In this document: positions 59,950-64,000 of the stretch, one piece after another | Numbering within the stretch: position 1 is the stretch's first letter | Layout: every line of letters begins with the position of its first letter | Assembly: GCA_038087875.1 (NCBI GenBank) | Contig: CM075992.1 | Location: 10,170,001 to 10,234,000, forward strand | Length of the DNA stretch: 64,000 nucleotides | Source of the DNA: Malacoraja senta | Taxonomy: Eukaryota | Direction: 5' to 3' | Translations under genes and position numbers: made by a program | Notes under the pieces: model-generated | What the model was told of the DNA's origin: nothing | Databases searched by the model: none | What the model saw: the letters and a program-made list of their open reading frames with translations, nothing else

Positions 59950-61210
59950 TCTTCTGCCTGACAAATTTACTGGAATTCTTTGAACAAGTAAATAGCAGGA
60001 AAGACAAAGGAGAGTCAGTAAATGTTGTTTTCTTAGATTTTCAGAAAGCCTTTGATAAGTTGCCACACGTAAGGCTGCATGGAATATCAGAGTTTACCGT
60101 ATCAAAGGGCATTAATAGCAGGTTGGCTGGATGGCAGAAGACAAAGCGTGGCACTAAAGGTGGCTTTTTGTGCGATGCTGCCAGTGACTAGTGGAGTTCC
60201 GCAGCGGGGGGGGGGGGTCCGCTACACTTTATATTGAATATTCAGGATTTGGACGAGGAGATTGAAGGCTTACTGGCCGTTTGCGGATGATACGAAAATA
60301 GGTGAAAGAGCATGCAGCGTTGAGAAAGCACGGAGTCTGCAGAAGGACATGGACAGGTTGGGAGAGTGGGCAGAAAAGTGGCAGATAGAATATAGTGCAG
60401 CAAAGCGTGGAGTCATGCATTTTGGTCGTAGGAATGAAGGCGTAGACTATTTTCTAAATGGGGAGAGAATCCTGAAATCGGAGGTGCAAAGGGACTTGGG
60501 CGTGCTGGTGCAGGATTCCCCAAAAGTTAATCTGCAAGTTGAATCGGTAGTAAAGAAAGCAAATTCAATGCTGGTATGTATTTTAAGAGGGCTTGTATAC
60601 AAACACACGGAGGTAATGCTGTGGCTCTCTTAGGCATTGGTAAGGCCGCAGATGGAATATTGTGAGCAATTTTGGGCACCATACCCGAGGAAGGATGTTC
60701 TGGCTCTGGGGAGGGCCCTGCTTTACAAGAATGATCCCAGGTTAGCCTATGATGAACGTTTGTCGGCACTGGGCCTGTCTGTACTCGCTGGAATTTAGAT
60801 GAATGAGGGGGGACCTCATTGAAACATACAGAATAGTGAAAGGTTTGGATAGAGTGGATGTGAAGTGGATGTTTTCATTAGTGGGAAAGTGTAGGACTGG
60901 AGGTCATAGCCTCAGAATTAAACAACGCTCTTTTACGAAGGAGACGAGGAGACAATTCTTTCGTCAGAGGGTGGTGAATCTGTGGAATTCTTTCCCACAG
61001 AAGCACGTGAAGGCCACATAAGTGGATTATTTTAAGGCCGAGATGGAAAGACTTCTGATTAGTACAGTTGTCAGAGGTTATGGGAGAGGGCAGTAGAATT
61101 GGGTTAGGAGGGAGAGATAGATCAGCCACGATTGAACGGTTGTATACTTGATGGGCCGAATGGCCTAATTCTGCTCCTATCACTTATGTCCTGATGACCT
61201 TATTTATGTC
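59950..61210 (+). mobile_element. CR1 LINE RT to 3' end (degraded); older CR1 pieces at 61380-61920 and 62440-62990
   Basis: [44 protein letters not shown]. Confidence 0.9.
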
Positions 61211-63549
61211 TTATGATTTTCATATTTGAGAGGTGCCAGATGTTTAAGCATTGTGACTCACTTTGTCTTTTTTTCTCATGGTACAAATTTCCGGGCCAGT
61301 TCCTTGATAGGTATGGTAGTTTATCTCAATACAATCGATCGCTGTATCTCAATAGATATAAATATGTTTGCATTTCGATAGATGGAGGCTGATAAGGGCA
61401 TGGTTATCTGTTTTGTTCATGTGAGAATGAATCTCGTGACTTTGATAGAGTTTTGTGAAGAAGTAACAATGAAATCCACGAGGGCAATGTCGTGGAAATG
61501 GCAACGTGTTGGGAAGTTTAGAGTTGCAGTTTACGGTTTTTTTCGGATGCTTTTGACGTGGTGCCGAAGGGATTATATCTGGGTCCCTTGGTGTTTGTGT
61601 TTTACATCAACGATTTGAATGCATAAGTAAACGACTTGATTAATACTTTGTACATGATTATAAAATAGTCGGTCTATCAGCTGGGCAACTGGGCTGAAGA
61701 GCGGCAAATGGTGTTTCATGCAGATAATTGCAAGATGATGCAGTTTGGGAAGGCATACCGGCGCAGAATCTTCATAGCGAATGGGAGGGCATTGGAGAGT
61801 GTTTTAGAGAAGAGGGATTTAGTTGCCCAAGTACATGGATCCCCTGAAGTGTCACCAGAGGAAGATGAGTGAAAATGTGTTGGTACATTGCTCTTCATCA
61901 GTCAGTATATTGTATGAACAAATCCTTTCATCACATTAACAGTCGCATCCAACACATCATCCTCCAACGTTTTCGCCACTTCAAACGGGATCCCATCACC
62001 AGTCACATCTTCCCATTTGTACCCCTTTATGCTTTCCACAGAGACCACATCTCCCTGGTCTATACAACCCTTCCACCGCAAACCACAAATGCCCGGGAAC
62101 TTTACCCTGCATATGCAAGGGGTACAACACATGTACAGGCATCCTCCTCCCCCGATTCCATCCTGACACCCCGAGAGTCCATTCAGGTTAGTCACTTTTT
62201 AGATCACTTGTATCTCCTCCAAACACATCATCTATATCCGTTGTTCTCGATGTGGGCTCCAATATTTTGTCATGACAAGGCGCAGACTGGGCGATCATTT
62301 TGCCGAACATGCCCACTCCGTCTTGGCCTACTTGATCAGCCGGGTGCCAAACAATTTATCTTCCCTCACCATTCCCATGCTCACCTTTCTGTCCCTGTCC
62401 TCCTCCACTTTTGGTCACGGAGTTGGATAGGGGCGAAGATAGATAAATAGCTGCAAATGCCACGAGGAAAGCGTGTGTTCCTGAGAAAGGTAACTTCATC
62501 AAAGATTGGTTCGAGCACAGATGGCTTGCAGTGTTCGGTCCCATTCGCCGCAATGTAGGAATGCTGAATTACATTGAAGAAGTAGCAGAGATTCTACAAA
62601 TTAACCTCTGCGTCTGAACGTGTCAGTTATGAGGAGGGCGCGGAAAGATTGCACTTATTTTTGTTCATGAGGCCAAGAAGTATTAGGTAAAGTGAATAAC
62701 ACAGACATGGTGGTATGTTGGGACAATTATCACCTTGTTAGGTTTTCAACATGACAACTTTAATTAAAGGGTGAGAGGAATGTGAGAGCGCGGAAGGTTG
62801 GTAAATGGAACGCAATGATCGAGGGGTAGTGGACGCAGATATTCTCACCACACTTGAGACGACCACTGGGAGTGCCATCCAATCGAAATCTACGGGTCAA
62901 GTGTTAGTGAATAGGATCAATGCAGATGGAAAGATATCATCGCTTTGTAAATTGTGAGTCAAACCCCACTTTCCGTGCACCGTGGCTCTCCCTGTATGTC
63001 ATCCTGTGAGAAACACACTGGCACACATCTGACGTTTGGAATAAATATACGGAAAACACAGCAGGGAATTAAATGAACGGACATAAATATACAGGACACA
63101 CAAACAGGAAGCACTGGTAAAGAATGCACGTCTTTAGACTAAAGTCCTCTGCAAACACGATGCAATGGGATGCCAGCTCTGTTTTATATAGTGCTTTATG
63201 AATTAAGAACAGTTCTGGTATTCGTATTGAAGGCCTGATACATTGGGCATGGACACGTTGCAAGAACCACGTTGACACGAATACCTTGGGGAAGGAGTCG
63301 TGTCTGAAAGTTTGACACGCGGCTGTCGTCGGGCTGATCTTGGAATGGAGTACAAGCGCACATATCTAATGCTGACCAGTTTATGTCAGCGAGGTGAATC
63401 ATGCTTGCATCTGCTCGGTGTTCCTGTGCTAATGAGGAATAGTCAGACGGGCGGGCGCCTCCTGGAACAAATCAACCACAACTGCCCTCTTGCGTGCACT
63501 ATCATTACAGCATGCCCGCCAACGCAAGGCACAGCCTCACCTCACACAG

Positions 63550-63557
63550 TATATAGA
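63550..63557 (+). promoter_or_regulatory. Candidate TATA box
   Basis: TATATAGA about 65 nt upstream of the ATG at 63619; a TATA-like motif is also present in the inverted paralogous copy near 54067-54074. Confidence 0.5.
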
Positions 63558-63618
63558 GCAAAGTGTACAATCAAATACCCGATCTCCTTGCATTATTTGA
63601 TCCTGAACGGGCAGCGAA

Positions 63619-63691
63619 ATGAGAAACGTGCTTCTATTTCTCGTTGCAATATTGCTGCTGGCTCATCCGTTCGCGGAGGGAATTGATAAAG
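63619..63691 (+). CDS. Putative first coding exon (signal peptide) of an unidentified secreted or membrane protein: MRNVLLFLVAILLLAHPFAEGIDK
   Basis: gaaATG context, basic N-terminus, hydrophobic core, A-x-G cleavage-like site, phase-1 donor AAG|GTAAGG. Confidence 0.62.
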
Positions 63692-64000
63692 GTAAGGATG
63701 GATGAACATTTGTGTACACAAACGTCAAAGTATGAGGTGGGCATTATCAGAGACAAAGGAATCCCGGTTTCCTACAGCTGCTGAGATAATCGGTTGGCGC
63801 TGAGAACCAAGAACGAAGCATGAAATCTCTCACAGTACTACCAGGAGAGAATTGTGACTGCCCGCAGTCGTAGGTGATTAACGATAAATTAGAAAAGAAC
63901 CCGCTGATTCTGAGAATGTTGTTATTTTAAACCGGGGCAAAATTGATTCAGTGTAGAAAGTTAGAGGATTCATTGTAAAGCAATAGTAGGAGGTCGAGGA

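Overview
Vertebrate nuclear DNA, most likely a cartilaginous fish (skate/ray; inferred from HE1/V-SINE-like and HER1/CR1-like repeats). Positions 1-18.2 kb hold the 3' eleven exons (GAIN/GPS, 7TM, C-tail; about 526 aa, open and phase-consistent) of an ADGRE/CD97-like adhesion GPCR on the + strand. This receptor has an unusual GPS: one disulfide pair is lost and the catalytic His is replaced by Thr. It also carries His2.50b->Arg in TM2. Positions 18-64 kb are dominated by mobile elements and gene relics. The elements include a TIR element carrying a captured exon-like fragment, a full-length L1 with TSD, a Rex1 LINE interrupted by a DIRS element, two class I ERV remnants (one with a 2H-phosphoesterase-like insert), Penelope elements with hammerhead-ribozyme motifs, CR1 LINEs and Harbinger MITEs. 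The relics include an orphan ADGRE helix-8 exon, a degraded HDGF exon 1, a PAN-like exon pair and a C2H2-ZNF pseudogene. A diverged inverted duplication at the 3' end contains a TATA box plus signal-peptide first exon. There is one 200-N assembly gap. All calls come from manual reading; no searches were run.
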